64,000 nucleotides of DNA from an uncultured virus (IMG/VR IMGVR_UViG_3300025459_000001) (taxonomy: Duplodnaviria; Heunggongvirae; Uroviricota; Caudoviricetes), in IMG/VR virus record IMGVR_UViG_3300025459_000001; one strand, 5' to 3'. Made by a program: the position numbers and the translations under genes. Shown piece after piece: positions 40,919 through 49,788 of the stretch. Under the pieces are notes generated by a model. That model had not been told where the DNA came from. It was given only the letters and a program-made list of their open reading frames with translations, and ran no database searches. Each line of letters begins with the position of its first letter. The stretch's first letter is position 1.

Positions 40919-41275
40919 TTACGTAAACTCCGTTACCGAGAGAAGGCCACCGATGGCACTACTGACCGCAGCAATCGATCCCTTCCAGCACGCATCCTGG
41001 TAGATTCGGCTACTACCGTCTCCAACGGTTCCGCCAGCAGGGAGTGATATATGAAATGCGCTCGATGTAGGATTTGCCCCTAGCCCGATGTAGATCACGG
41101 TTGTCCCTAAGTTCTGGAGCATGAAACTCAGTCGGGCTGGGTTGGCTGGTAGGACTGTCGCGGCCCCAAGTCCAACCGTGGTTTGACTCGGGGCGCTGGC
41201 TGTCGTAGAAATAGGCCCTTGCGTTATCGAAATCCCGTTGAGGGGGTTGACGCGAGGTGCCGGACAATAACCCAT
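40919..41275 (-). CDS. small beta-rich structural protein
   Basis: ANPAR...LQNLG...IYIG pattern typical of phage decoration proteins. Confidence 0.6.
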   Translation of the reverse strand: MGYCPAPRVNPLNGISITQGPISTTASAPSQTTVGLGAATVLPANPARLSFMLQNLGTTVIYIGLGANPTSSAFHISLPAGGTVGDGSSRIYQDACWKGSIAAVSSAIGGLLSVTEFT

Positions 41276-41350
41276 ACTGCCCTTCCTAAGCCGTCCAACG
41301 TTGGACTAATTTAATGGTATTGCCTTGCACAATCACGGTCAAGCAATACC

Positions 41351-41398
41351 AAAAATAACGCCGCGCCCATCGGATCATTGACCCGACAGACGCGGCGC
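41351..41398 (-). terminator. rho-independent terminator
   Basis: Minus strand GCGCCGCGTCTGTCGGGTC-AAT-GATCCGATGGGCGCGGCGT followed by TATTTTT, just after the capsid/decoration genes. Confidence 0.7.
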
Positions 41399-41421
41399 TT
41401 TCCCTCTGCCGTGAGAGCCTG

Positions 41422-41880
41422 TTAGATGTATTCAAGCGTGACCGTGACGCCGCCTACCGGAGGCAACGCACCGGGAATTGACCAGCGCCAGCCGAGGCCG
41501 TCACCGACCGCCAATACAGTCAATACGGTCGAGTTGAACAGCGTGCCCTGCTGATAAACGTCCACCGCCGAGAAGTGAGATATGGTGGAAGCCAACACGT
41601 TCGCCGAAGACCCGAGTGGCGTTGAGCCAACCGCGTGAACCAGCATACCGGCGGTCGAACCCAGAACGCTGTGGCGCTCCGTCACCGCCACCACTTGACA
41701 CGGCGCATCGGCGGTAAAGATGTGATTGGTGATTGAGGTCTGGTAGGACGATCCAGCCGGGGAGCTTCCCGTCAATTGCCCCTGCCATGCGATTGTGTAC
41801 GAGACCTGCGACGGAGTGACTGGGTTGTATGCTCCAGCCGGGTTGAACTGCGATCCGCTTTGATAAACGTTGGTAATCAT
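41422..41880 (-). CDS. capsid decoration-like protein (start MITNVYQ)
   Basis: RBS GAGAGGA; beta-rich; downstream of the capsid gene. Confidence 0.55.
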   Translation of the reverse strand: MITNVYQSGSQFNPAGAYNPVTPSQVSYTIAWQGQLTGSSPAGSSYQTSITNHIFTADAPCQVVAVTERHSVLGSTAGMLVHAVGSTPLGSSANVLASTISHFSAVDVYQQGTLFNSTVLTVLAVGDGLGWRWSIPGALPPVGGVTVTLEYI

Positions 41881-41899
41881 AATCCTCTCTTGACCTCCA

Positions 41900-42448
41900 T
41901 TAACTGCTCGTCGGGGCCGGGCTTGAGCTAGTACTGGTGCTGGCATCTTCCACTTGCCACTGCGTTCCGTCCGACAGCAGCGTGACTGCCGATTCGTCCG
42001 AGTGGAAGGTGATCGTGGTGTGGGCGTTCCCGAGATTCTGCCCCGACTGGCAGACCACAGTTCCGTTGCCAGCACCCACTCTAGCGATCGTGATGGACTT
42101 GCCGACGAAAACCGTGGCATCGCACAGCGTTACTGCAAACGCGCTGGTTCCAGTCATGACGACATAATCGTCGGTGGCTCCGTTGACGGTGTACGCCGCC
42201 GAAACCGAGGTAGGCTTGGACACCCACGCAGCTATCTTCTGCCAAGCCCCGCCAGGGTAGGTCGTGCTGGGAGCGCTCACCAACTTGTAAATAAGCGGCT
42301 GGCCAGCGGAGGCGGACGTGATCCAGATCAGGTCCCCGAGTTTGAGGTTCATCCCGGTCACGTCCGACGAAGCCGTAGGCAGCGTATTGGCGTAGAACAT
42401 CTGCTGTTCGCTGGGAAGATAAGCCGGAGTCGCAATGAAAGACGGCAT
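41900..42448 (-). CDS. structural protein (fibre/decoration-like)
   Basis: AYTV..TDDYV...VTL...GKSITI...TLLSDGTQW motif; RBS AGGAGG. Confidence 0.6.
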   Translation of the reverse strand: MPSFIATPAYLPSEQQMFYANTLPTASSDVTGMNLKLGDLIWITSASAGQPLIYKLVSAPSTTYPGGAWQKIAAWVSKPTSVSAAYTVNGATDDYVVMTGTSAFAVTLCDATVFVGKSITIARVGAGNGTVVCQSGQNLGNAHTTITFHSDESAVTLLSDGTQWQVEDASTSTSSSPAPTSS

Positions 42449-42457
42449 GAATCCTCC

Positions 42458-42982
42458 TTAGAGCACGCTCGAATTGAGCACGATGTTGTTGGCAACGTAC
42501 TGTGACGGAGTCGTCACACGGAACATGGCGACGTCGATATTCAACACGCCAGCCGTGCAGTGAGCCAAGGTGTCACCTGTTGGCGTAAAGGTCACCTGGG
42601 GGGTGACCGCCGACAACTGACCCATCGGCTGTGCGAACGTCTCCTGGATGGTCGTGTCGGCCACCGCCTGGAACACATTGAACGGCTGAGTGAAGAAGTT
42701 GGTTGTCCCGCCCGACTTCCCTACACTGACCGTCATCCCAGTGAGCGAACCGCCGGTGAACGATGTCGAGTGCTTGACCCGCATGTAGAGCAGAAAACTG
42801 CCCTGCGGGAACGTCATCGCAGTGCTCGTGTTATACGGCGGCCCGCTCAGCGTGTTGTAGAGATTGAACGTGTACGCCACGCCGGAGCTGGTGCTCGTAG
42901 TCTGGAGGTCCAGATAGGTGAACTGGAAACTCCAAAACTGGATTGTGCCGCCGAGATTGCCTGCTAATCCTTGTTGTGTCAT
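42458..42982 (-). CDS. capsid-associated structural protein
   Basis: Immediately downstream of the capsid gene; beta-rich. Confidence 0.6.
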   Translation of the reverse strand: MTQQGLAGNLGGTIQFWSFQFTYLDLQTTSTSSGVAYTFNLYNTLSGPPYNTSTAMTFPQGSFLLYMRVKHSTSFTGGSLTGMTVSVGKSGGTTNFFTQPFNVFQAVADTTIQETFAQPMGQLSAVTPQVTFTPTGDTLAHCTAGVLNIDVAMFRVTTPSQYVANNIVLNSSVL

Positions 42983-43033
42983 TTACATGATCCTCACTTC
43001 TTTTTCCTCTGCCACGCAACTCATTGAAAACAC

Positions 43034-44503
43034 TCAGAAAAGCGTCGAGGCGAGTTTGAAACAGGTCCGGGGGCTTGGCACCATTAGATTTGAGCCGCTA
43101 AGGAACTGGCCGCTCACATCGATCGAGTTGTTCACGCCCTTGAATCCGGTAAACCCGAATTGAAACAGGTCTACCTGGGAGAAGTACCACTCCACGTAGG
43201 CCGTGTTCAATCCGAACATCTTGCCGATCGGCGAGCTACCCGAAGGAAGATACCGCGAAATGACCACATCGGCGGCATTGAACCTGAAGTTCTGGAATCC
43301 CACGTTGGCCAGATCGTTGTCTTTATTCTCATACCGCATTGCAGGCTGCGTGCCCTGCCAGATCAAGTTCCAGCCGTTCTGTGTGACCACTATCAGGTCC
43401 GGGTGATCCGAGCCCCAACAGGCGTTTCCATAGGCCGTGTTGAGTTGTGCCAAGGTGAACGTGGTCACCGTGGCCTGATAGGCATTCAGCCCGCCAACGG
43501 TGCCAGTCGTCAAACCATTGATATCGGTTCGGTTCTGGCCGCCGACTTGGGAGTAATTTGTTCCGTCGTCGATCCACTCATCAAATCCGTTCAGGTATTT
43601 AGCCCGCGCACCCTGCCCGTTCTGGTACATATTGACGGCCAGGATCTTCGCCATCTTCAATGAGGCGTTGAGGAACTTCATCTCTACCTGATTGAAAATC
43701 GCCTCTTGGCCATCGTCGTTCATCGCGTCCCATCCGTATAGCGTGATGTTTACCCACGCTACCTTCAGGTCCACCGTGATCGCCGCGTCGGTCGTAACGA
43801 AGTTGATGTCCATCGTTTCGCCCTTGCCCATAAAATCGCCGAGGAGTTCCCCAACAATCACGGGCCTCCTTACGCGGCTGTTGCCCGCGAATCGTTCTGC
43901 TCTCTGCTGACTGAGCCTAGTAAATGCAGGATCTGCACCGTAGATGATCGTTCGTGTTGCGACCGGGTTCGCTATTCCCGGCCTTCTCACACTTTCATGT
44001 GAGACCAGACCATATCATCACCCCGAAGGGTGCCGCGCGCTTCCGAGCACTTGCCCGTACTCCCCGAAGGGATGGCCGTTGAACGTTCCCATTTCTGGGC
44101 TTCGCTGCTGATTACCCCGAAGGGCTTCCCAGCAATTCACGCGGTTTTCGAGGCGGCTTTCACCGCCAAGGGACTATCAGTTAATCCGTTGTCTTCTCTA
44201 CGATGTAATCGTACACATCCTTGATGTTGCGACCGGGTTCGCTATTCCCGGCCTTCTGCAAGTTTCCCAGCAGAGCAGATCATCTCATCGGCCCGCTTCG
44301 GGTCGCCTCGCGCTTCGGGCCGCTTGGCCCTACTCCCTCTCGGGATGATCGTTGAACCTTCCGACTCTCGTCGGCTTGGCTGCTGATTGCCTTGCCCGCC
44401 AATTCGGGTTTAGGTGTCCCAGCAATTCACGAGGTTTGCATAACCGATCTCTCGGCTAAGGCCCTATGTCTAAGGCGTCCAGCTCCGTTAGCTGCAAGGC
44501 CAT
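43034..44503 (-). CDS. major capsid protein, spliced: join(44473-44503, 44184-44218, 43034-43948), 326 aa
   Basis: RBS AGGAGG (44512-44517). Spliced N-terminus MALQLTELDAYVYDYIVEKTTDIIYGADPAFTRL is in frame. Capsid-like motifs LNGFDEWID, VGGQNR, PDLIV, GFQNFRFN. Lies between scaffold and decoration genes. Confidence 0.85.
43949..44183 (-). ncRNA. group I intron 2 (235 nt, IA2-like, no ORF)
   Basis: P1 GGAU/UA..UAGUCC with U.G at the splice site. P GAATTGCTGGGA, Q AATCAGCAG, R GTTCAACGGCCAT, S GATATGGTC. P3 CCGCG/CGCGG, P7.1/P7.2, terminal G, P10 UGAU/AUCA. Confidence 0.92.
44219..44472 (-). ncRNA. group I intron 1 (254 nt, IA2-like, no ORF)
   Basis: P1 GCCU/UA-GACA-UAGGGC with U.G. P GAATTGCTGGGA, Q AATCAGCAG, R GTTCAACGATCAT, S GAGATGATC. 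P3 CCTCG/CGAGG, terminal G, P10 ACAU/AUGU. Confidence 0.92.
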
Positions 44504-44523
44504 TCTACGTACCTCCTATTTCA

Positions 44524-44552
44524 TTGACATTGAGTAGGGGTTGGCGTACACT
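44524..44552 (+). promoter_or_regulatory. sigma70 promoter for the endonuclease VII-like gene (leaderless)
   Basis: TTGACA-17 nt-TACACT; ATG at 44559. Confidence 0.65.
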
Positions 44553-44558
44553 AAACGT

Positions 44559-45266
44559 ATGGAACAACCCCAGCAAACAAAGATCAGACTGAGTACTCGC
44601 GTGTACAAGGCCTGTCCTCACTGCGGAGAACAACATTCCGCCAGAGAAATATGGCCGCACCGAAAACGGTGCGAGCTTAACCCTAAGAACCTGCCGAAGA
44701 CGATAAAAGAGGCCCCAAAGAAAGGTCCGGGAATGCCTGTGTCTTGCAACTACTGCGGACACAAGACCGTGCAGTTGCTTCTTCAGAGACATTTCGCAAC
44801 CTGCCCGAATATCACGATCCTCGAAGGACAGAAGGTCTGTACTATCTGCCAATCCATCCTGTCGATAGATGACTTTTCGGCTCATTGCAGATCTCCGGGC
44901 GGAAGAAGCAACATCTGCAAGAAGTGCGCCTGCGCGAGATCTACGACTTGGTATCACACGCCGAAGAATCACATGTCCCGTAGAGAACGTATGGAATACA
45001 AACTCTACGGCCTCAGTCCAGAAGGACGAAAGTCCCTTGAGACTGCGCAGAACGGTCTGTGCGCCATTTGCGGTAAGCCGCCCAGCGGAGGACCGAAGAA
45101 CGAGAGGCTGGCCGTCGATCACAATCACAATTTCCCCGGCACTCACCGAGCACTCCTTTGCGAGAAGTGCAATACAGGCCTCGGTGGGTTTTTGGACGAC
45201 CCGGCCTTGCTCGTCAAGGCAATCGCTTACCTTGCGAGTCACCGAAAGATCGCCGCTGTTTCCTAG
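44559..45266 (+). CDS. endonuclease VII-family (homing-type) nuclease with N-terminal Zn fingers
   Basis: YGLS...AQNGLCAICG...LAVDHNH...RALLCEKCNTGLG.F.D...L..AI.YL; several CxxC pairs. Confidence 0.9.
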   Translation: MEQPQQTKIRLSTRVYKACPHCGEQHSAREIWPHRKRCELNPKNLPKTIKEAPKKGPGMPVSCNYCGHKTVQLLLQRHFATCPNITILEGQKVCTICQSILSIDDFSAHCRSPGGRSNICKKCACARSTTWYHTPKNHMSRRERMEYKLYGLSPEGRKSLETAQNGLCAICGKPPSGGPKNERLAVDHNHNFPGTHRALLCEKCNTGLGGFLDDPALLVKAIAYLASHRKIAAVS

Positions 45267-45289
45267 CCTCATCTTGCCTTTCGGGAGCG

Positions 45290-46213
45290 CTATACTGCGC
45301 TCCCGCTCATTTCCTTCTCTAACTTCTTCTGGACGTACTGCTGCGAGATGATCCCTTTACCTAAAGGCGCTTCAATGGCGTCGCCTTCCTTGGGCTTCAA
45401 CCGTTCCAGTTGGCGCCGCTGCAAAGGTCCCAGCTTCCTTCCGCCACCGCCGCCGTCCACAATCGTCGGACTGTGCCCGCTCAACGCCGCTGCTTGCTTG
45501 CGGCCCTCCGCAATGCCTTCTTCGCGAGCCGCCTTCTTCTCCGCTTCACGGGTCGCCGTATCGCGTGCTGCGAACTTATCCTTGTAGAAGTCGTTGTAGG
45601 CTTCGTCTGGGTCGATGTTCGCCATCGATGTTTTCTTAGCTTCGGCCAACTTCTTCATGTGCTCGAAGACGGCGGGCGCATCCAAGGCCTCTCCGAAGGT
45701 CTTCTCGTGCGCCCCGAATTTCGGCGTCAATTTCTGGTAGACCTCCTGGAAGCGATTGCCCCAACCGTTGATAGTCGAGTTCAGTTCGGGGCGGATTTCC
45801 TTGTCCCGAAATTCCGTCAGCTTCGAGGTCAGCGTGTTCACATCCACCACGCCCTTCGCGGTCAGCGATTCATCGATCAACTTCTTTACGTCTTCGGCGG
45901 TCATATCAAGTTCTCCACGCGCCCGCAACTTCTCCACCTCTGCGGTGGCTTCGGCTAGTGATGTCCGAACGCGGCTGTGTTCTTGTTCCCACATAGGCCA
46001 ATCTGTTTCCTTGAAGTGCCGCCATTTCTCCAACTCCTCGACTACCGGAGGCAGAGTTTCGTATTGAAGTGCTTTGACCCTGGGAAGTAATGGTTCCACT
46101 TGCTCCCCAAGTTCGGCATATCGTTTCACGGCAGGATACTTCTCGGAGATGGCCTTGAGACTGTTGCGTTCGCCGTCATCGGCGATCGCGGCTAATAGGT
46201 TCTCAAAGGGCAT
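45290..46213 (-). CDS. scaffolding protein
   Basis: Charged, helical, 307 aa, upstream of the capsid gene. Confidence 0.65.
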   Translation of the reverse strand: MPFENLLAAIADDGERNSLKAISEKYPAVKRYAELGEQVEPLLPRVKALQYETLPPVVEELEKWRHFKETDWPMWEQEHSRVRTSLAEATAEVEKLRARGELDMTAEDVKKLIDESLTAKGVVDVNTLTSKLTEFRDKEIRPELNSTINGWGNRFQEVYQKLTPKFGAHEKTFGEALDAPAVFEHMKKLAEAKKTSMANIDPDEAYNDFYKDKFAARDTATREAEKKAAREEGIAEGRKQAAALSGHSPTIVDGGGGGRKLGPLQRRQLERLKPKEGDAIEAPLGKGIISQQYVQKKLEKEMSGSAV

Positions 46214-46225
46214 CTTTATTCTCTC

Positions 46226-46594
46226 TTACATCACCGGACTGGGAGGTCCGGCTGATGGGTTAGACGGCGGTTGCGGCGGCACTACCGGGCTACCCTTGGC
46301 CATTCCGCTCCGCTGTGCTTTCTTCTGGATCTCTTCGGCGAGTTTCATGCCCGCTTCGGCGATCGGTTTGAACAGTGGAACCAATGAGGGGTCGAAGGAT
46401 TCCAATAGGGTTTTCGTCTCACCCACCCACTGGTCGAGCTTTTGAATCTGCCCCATCACCTGTTGCACGACCTGCATCCCATCCTGGGGCTGATTGACGC
46501 CTTGCGCTGAGAATACCGATTGCTGCTGCTCTGGAGGGGCCTGCTGTTGCTGGATAATGTCAGGAGGCAGCGGAGGTGTGGTGCCCGTGGCCAT
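46226..46594 (-). CDS. Pro/Gln-rich hypothetical protein
   Basis: Operon-coupled between portal and scaffold. Confidence 0.55.
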   Translation of the reverse strand: MATGTTPPLPPDIIQQQQAPPEQQQSVFSAQGVNQPQDGMQVVQQVMGQIQKLDQWVGETKTLLESFDPSLVPLFKPIAEAGMKLAEEIQKKAQRSGMAKGSPVVPPQPPSNPSAGPPSPVM

Positions 46595-46903
46595 TTACGC
46601 CTTCTTGGTCCGATTCTTCCCTTCGAACGAGTGCTGCATAGTTGTCTCGCTCATCCCGTCCTTGTCGTATGGGCTGCTTGCCTTCCTCGACAAATTGACA
46701 AGCGTGGCCCCGTCGTGCGAGTGCTCGCCATGACTCTGCCTATCGCCGAAGGCGGCGACTGGATTCGGTTTACGGCTGAGGGAAACCTGGGTTGCCGTGA
46801 TATGGGCGTTCGGTTTGGGACCGCCTCGATCCGGCATATCTTTCGGGCCTTGGGCTAACTTCTCCTTGCTCGAAGTTGCGTGAAAGTTTTGAGGGTATTT
46901 CAT
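46595..46903 (-). CDS. basic hypothetical protein
   Basis: Coupled ORF in the head operon. Confidence 0.5.
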   Translation of the reverse strand: MKYPQNFHATSSKEKLAQGPKDMPDRGGPKPNAHITATQVSLSRKPNPVAAFGDRQSHGEHSHDGATLVNLSRKASSPYDKDGMSETTMQHSFEGKNRTKKA

Positions 46904-46906
46904 AGA

Positions 46907-46969
46907 CTATCTCCGGTACACGCGCTTGTTACGGCGCGATGCCTTCTTCCTGCCCTTCTTTCTGGCCAT
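46907..46969 (-). CDS. 20-aa basic micro-peptide MARKKGRKKASRRNKRVYRR
   Basis: ATG to TAG, stop 3 nt before the next ATG; weak RBS. Confidence 0.5.
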   Translation of the reverse strand: MARKKGRKKASRRNKRVYRR

Positions 46970-47061
46970 AAATTTTTTCCGTGGTCATGCTGGAATAAAG
47001 GGTGGCCTATTTTCTTGACTTAGGCACGCCACCGGGCCACCCCAGCGGGAGGCGTGTTGGG

Positions 47062-47106
47062 TTACTTGCGACCGTGCTTGCGGCCTTTCTTTCCCCGACG
47101 TGCCAT
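47062..47106 (-). CDS. 14-aa basic micro-peptide MARRGKKGRKHGRK
   Basis: Strong RBS AGGGAGG just upstream of the ATG. Confidence 0.6.
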   Translation of the reverse strand: MARRGKKGRKHGRK

Positions 47107-47235
47107 GGTGGGCCTCCCTTCGTAAAAGTCCTCAAACGGAACCTGAGGCTGTAATAAACGTACTACAAGTCAATGAAAGGGGATGCTTCCCAACGTGTCT
47201 AGACAGTTGCTCACTTTCTGGCTATTCTTGGATCA

Positions 47236-47475
47236 GTGGCTACCCCTAAAGACTTGAAACTATGGACTTCCGAGATTCCTCACTTCCCATTCGTAGACCC
47301 TAATCTTGAGTACATCGGAACTAGCAAACTGAGGCTTCTAAATGCTAAGGCGCTGCGCCAACTAAGACGACCAATAGTTGTTCAGGACCAGATCACCAAC
47401 AAGCCATTGGTAGTGATCGTCAAGTACGAGCACTACCTCCAGGTTCAAAGGATTCTCTTGGAGGGATACGAGTGA
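47236..47475 (+). CDS. Phd/YefM-like antitoxin-fold protein
   Basis: RPIVV......KPLVVIVKYEHY..VQ pattern; promoter TAGACA-17-TATTCT with GTG 7 nt later. Confidence 0.5.
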   Translation: MATPKDLKLWTSEIPHFPFVDPNLEYIGTSKLRLLNAKALRQLRRPIVVQDQITNKPLVVIVKYEHYLQVQRILLEGYE

Positions 47476-47645
47476 TGGCGGTAGTCCCACGTGGGACTCA
47501 ACTCAGCGATAGTTCGAGCATCGTGCCACCGCGCTCTCCGTTCGGATGCTTCCACTGACCAAGATCGCGTACCACAACCATGTACCCCCAACCCCCTCTT
47601 TGTACGTGAAGGTAGAGAGACATCAAGGTGAACGGGGTCCAGGCG

Positions 47646-49514
47646 CTATACGGGTGAGCCCTGTCGCTGACTTCTCGTTTGACGCGGCGTTCTTCCTGCA
47701 CCCTTCGGCCCTCCACCAATACCCGCCTCGTGTTCTTTCTGCATTTCCTGTATGACAAGGTCTGCGTTCTCCGGGAATTCCGCTTGCCGATAAAGACCGT
47801 GAAGTGACAGAGCGCCCATCTTGAAATACGTGGCCGCCCTCACCTCCTTCTGCATTCTACTCGTTCCGTGAGTCGATCCAGGAGCGATCTTCATACTGAA
47901 TGCCCGCCAGAAATCCTCCTTCGGTGCCGAGGAAGGAACCATGGTCCCAGCGTCGTAATCGAAGTCTTCCGGCGTCATCCCGTCTGCCCCCAGCACTCTC
48001 ATACGTCCGCTTAAAGTGGCGTACTGGAAGACGTTCGATACCATCTGTGACCCAGCTTCTTCTAATGCGATCTCAAGGTAGCGGCTTTCCAATTGGAATG
48101 GACCGCTCAACGTCTCCCTCATCTGTTCGATGGCTTCACCTCCCGGCACTTGCTTTTTCTTGGCGATGCCGGAGATGTCCAATGATCCAGAACGTTTCTT
48201 GATCGTCTCGACGAGATACCGGAGAAACTCTCCGATGTACGGAGGCAGATTCGGCGGGTCCATGTAGCGGAAGTCACCGGGTTGGGCGATTGGGTTCATC
48301 AGAATTTTTTGCGCCGGTTTAGCGGGTTGGAAGGCATCCCACACCACTTCGGCCATCGCACCACGCTTGCCCACTACGTTCAGGTTCAACGCTCTCTTTA
48401 CGGCTTCCTCTACTCCGGCACCGATGCTATTCGTGGCTTGGCACTGTGGGATCAATCTTCGGTACTTCGAGATTCCACCGGGGCTCCACACGCAGGGATT
48501 CAACTGAAGCATCGTGAAAGGATACAGTCCGTGCCAGAAGGGGCTTGGACCGTCGTACATGATCCGATCCCCGGCGAAAATCACCAGCCTCTTACGCGGG
48601 AATAATCTTGCTCCTGGGGGCACAAGATAGTGGTAATTGTACTGACTGGGATGAAGGTCCTGATTCTGAACGAACACTTCATTGCCAGATTCATTGATCG
48701 ACCAATCGTCGAAATAGACCTCCTTCAACTCGATCACTGGGAACGGTACGTAGGTCCCTTCGGATTCTCGAACTGGACCGCCGCGCTGCGACATCTTGTG
48801 CTTCATGGCGGGACTCATCGCATTCCACGTGTACTCAGGCACGCTAGAAGGTCGAACGTACTTGTCCTGAGAAAGTGACCGGCTCAGGTTGACCGTGTAC
48901 TTTTCCAGCCCTTGGCATTTCTCTTTGCCGAACTTGGCGTAGAAGTACGGGAGTGGTTTGTAGTTCTGATAGATGACCGCTGCCGATTCCTGTATCTTTC
49001 CGTTACAGAGAACCGGAATCACCTGATCGGCCCCGTGCGCTGAAAACTGGAATTGGTTTTCTCCGGCTACGTGCTTCAGGAATCCTGTCCCAAATAGCGC
49101 ATGGTCCAGCCACTCCACCACAATCGCATCCAGGTTCATGTTGAACCACAGCGACCGGATGTACTTGTGAACCGTCTCGGCTTGCTTTTTGTACGCCTCG
49201 ACCGATGACGTGATGTCGATAGTAGGGCGGATCTGACTCAATGACGACAGGGCTTCTAAACGCATATCACCCATGTAATCGTCATAGTACTTTGACCTGT
49301 AGTCTGGACGTGTCGAGGGATACCAGTTGCCGTCCAAGTAGTCCAGGATTCTTTCGATCTCTTGCAGGTCCCGCCAAGAGCGCATTTCCTCCATCCCCTG
49401 GCGGAGAAGGGCGTCGCGCCAACCTAGAAGTTTTCTAGAGTATTGGTCAGGGAAATCGCGCGAGCCAGAATTGCGTTCGACGGATGCGCGAGGAACGATC
49501 GCTAACGAAGCCAT
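47646..49514 (-). CDS. portal protein
   Basis: 622 aa; HALFGTGFLK, YDGPSPFWHGLYPF, SG..DISG; position between terminase and scaffold. Confidence 0.85.
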   Translation of the reverse strand: MASLAIVPRASVERNSGSRDFPDQYSRKLLGWRDALLRQGMEEMRSWRDLQEIERILDYLDGNWYPSTRPDYRSKYYDDYMGDMRLEALSSLSQIRPTIDITSSVEAYKKQAETVHKYIRSLWFNMNLDAIVVEWLDHALFGTGFLKHVAGENQFQFSAHGADQVIPVLCNGKIQESAAVIYQNYKPLPYFYAKFGKEKCQGLEKYTVNLSRSLSQDKYVRPSSVPEYTWNAMSPAMKHKMSQRGGPVRESEGTYVPFPVIELKEVYFDDWSINESGNEVFVQNQDLHPSQYNYHYLVPPGARLFPRKRLVIFAGDRIMYDGPSPFWHGLYPFTMLQLNPCVWSPGGISKYRRLIPQCQATNSIGAGVEEAVKRALNLNVVGKRGAMAEVVWDAFQPAKPAQKILMNPIAQPGDFRYMDPPNLPPYIGEFLRYLVETIKKRSGSLDISGIAKKKQVPGGEAIEQMRETLSGPFQLESRYLEIALEEAGSQMVSNVFQYATLSGRMRVLGADGMTPEDFDYDAGTMVPSSAPKEDFWRAFSMKIAPGSTHGTSRMQKEVRAATYFKMGALSLHGLYRQAEFPENADLVIQEMQKEHEAGIGGGPKGAGRTPRQTRSQRQGSPV

Positions 49515-49548
49515 AGGTGCCTCAAATCGTCCTCACGGCAGGGGAGAT

Positions 49549-49650
49549 TCAGCGCCGCGCCTTTAGTTTGCGTTCGGCGCGATGAGGGGCATTTGGCTGG
49601 CGAGGGCTGTTGCCTCCCTTCACCTTCCGGCCTTTGTGGCCTCGTTTCAT
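49549..49650 (-). CDS. 33-aa basic micro-peptide MKRGHKGRKVKGG...KLKARR
   Basis: RBS AGGAGG; directly upstream of the portal gene. Confidence 0.55.
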   Translation of the reverse strand: MKRGHKGRKVKGGNSPRQPNAPHRAERKLKARR

Positions 49651-49788
49651 AGAGGAGCCTCCTGCGCTTATCCTAAGCTATTTCTTTGGATTCGGCAACG
49701 TTACCTACACTGTTCAGCCTACATCAAGTCCCACGTTGGGCCCATGTTCGCTTAAGGAGCATTCCATAATCTACCACCAAATGGCTAA

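Noticed and set aside
43949..43990. ORF-track capsid start MRRPGIANPVATRT
   Set aside because: These codons are intron 2 sequence; the real start is at 44503.
44505..45272. 255-aa minus-strand ORF
   Set aside because: Shadow of the EndoVII gene.
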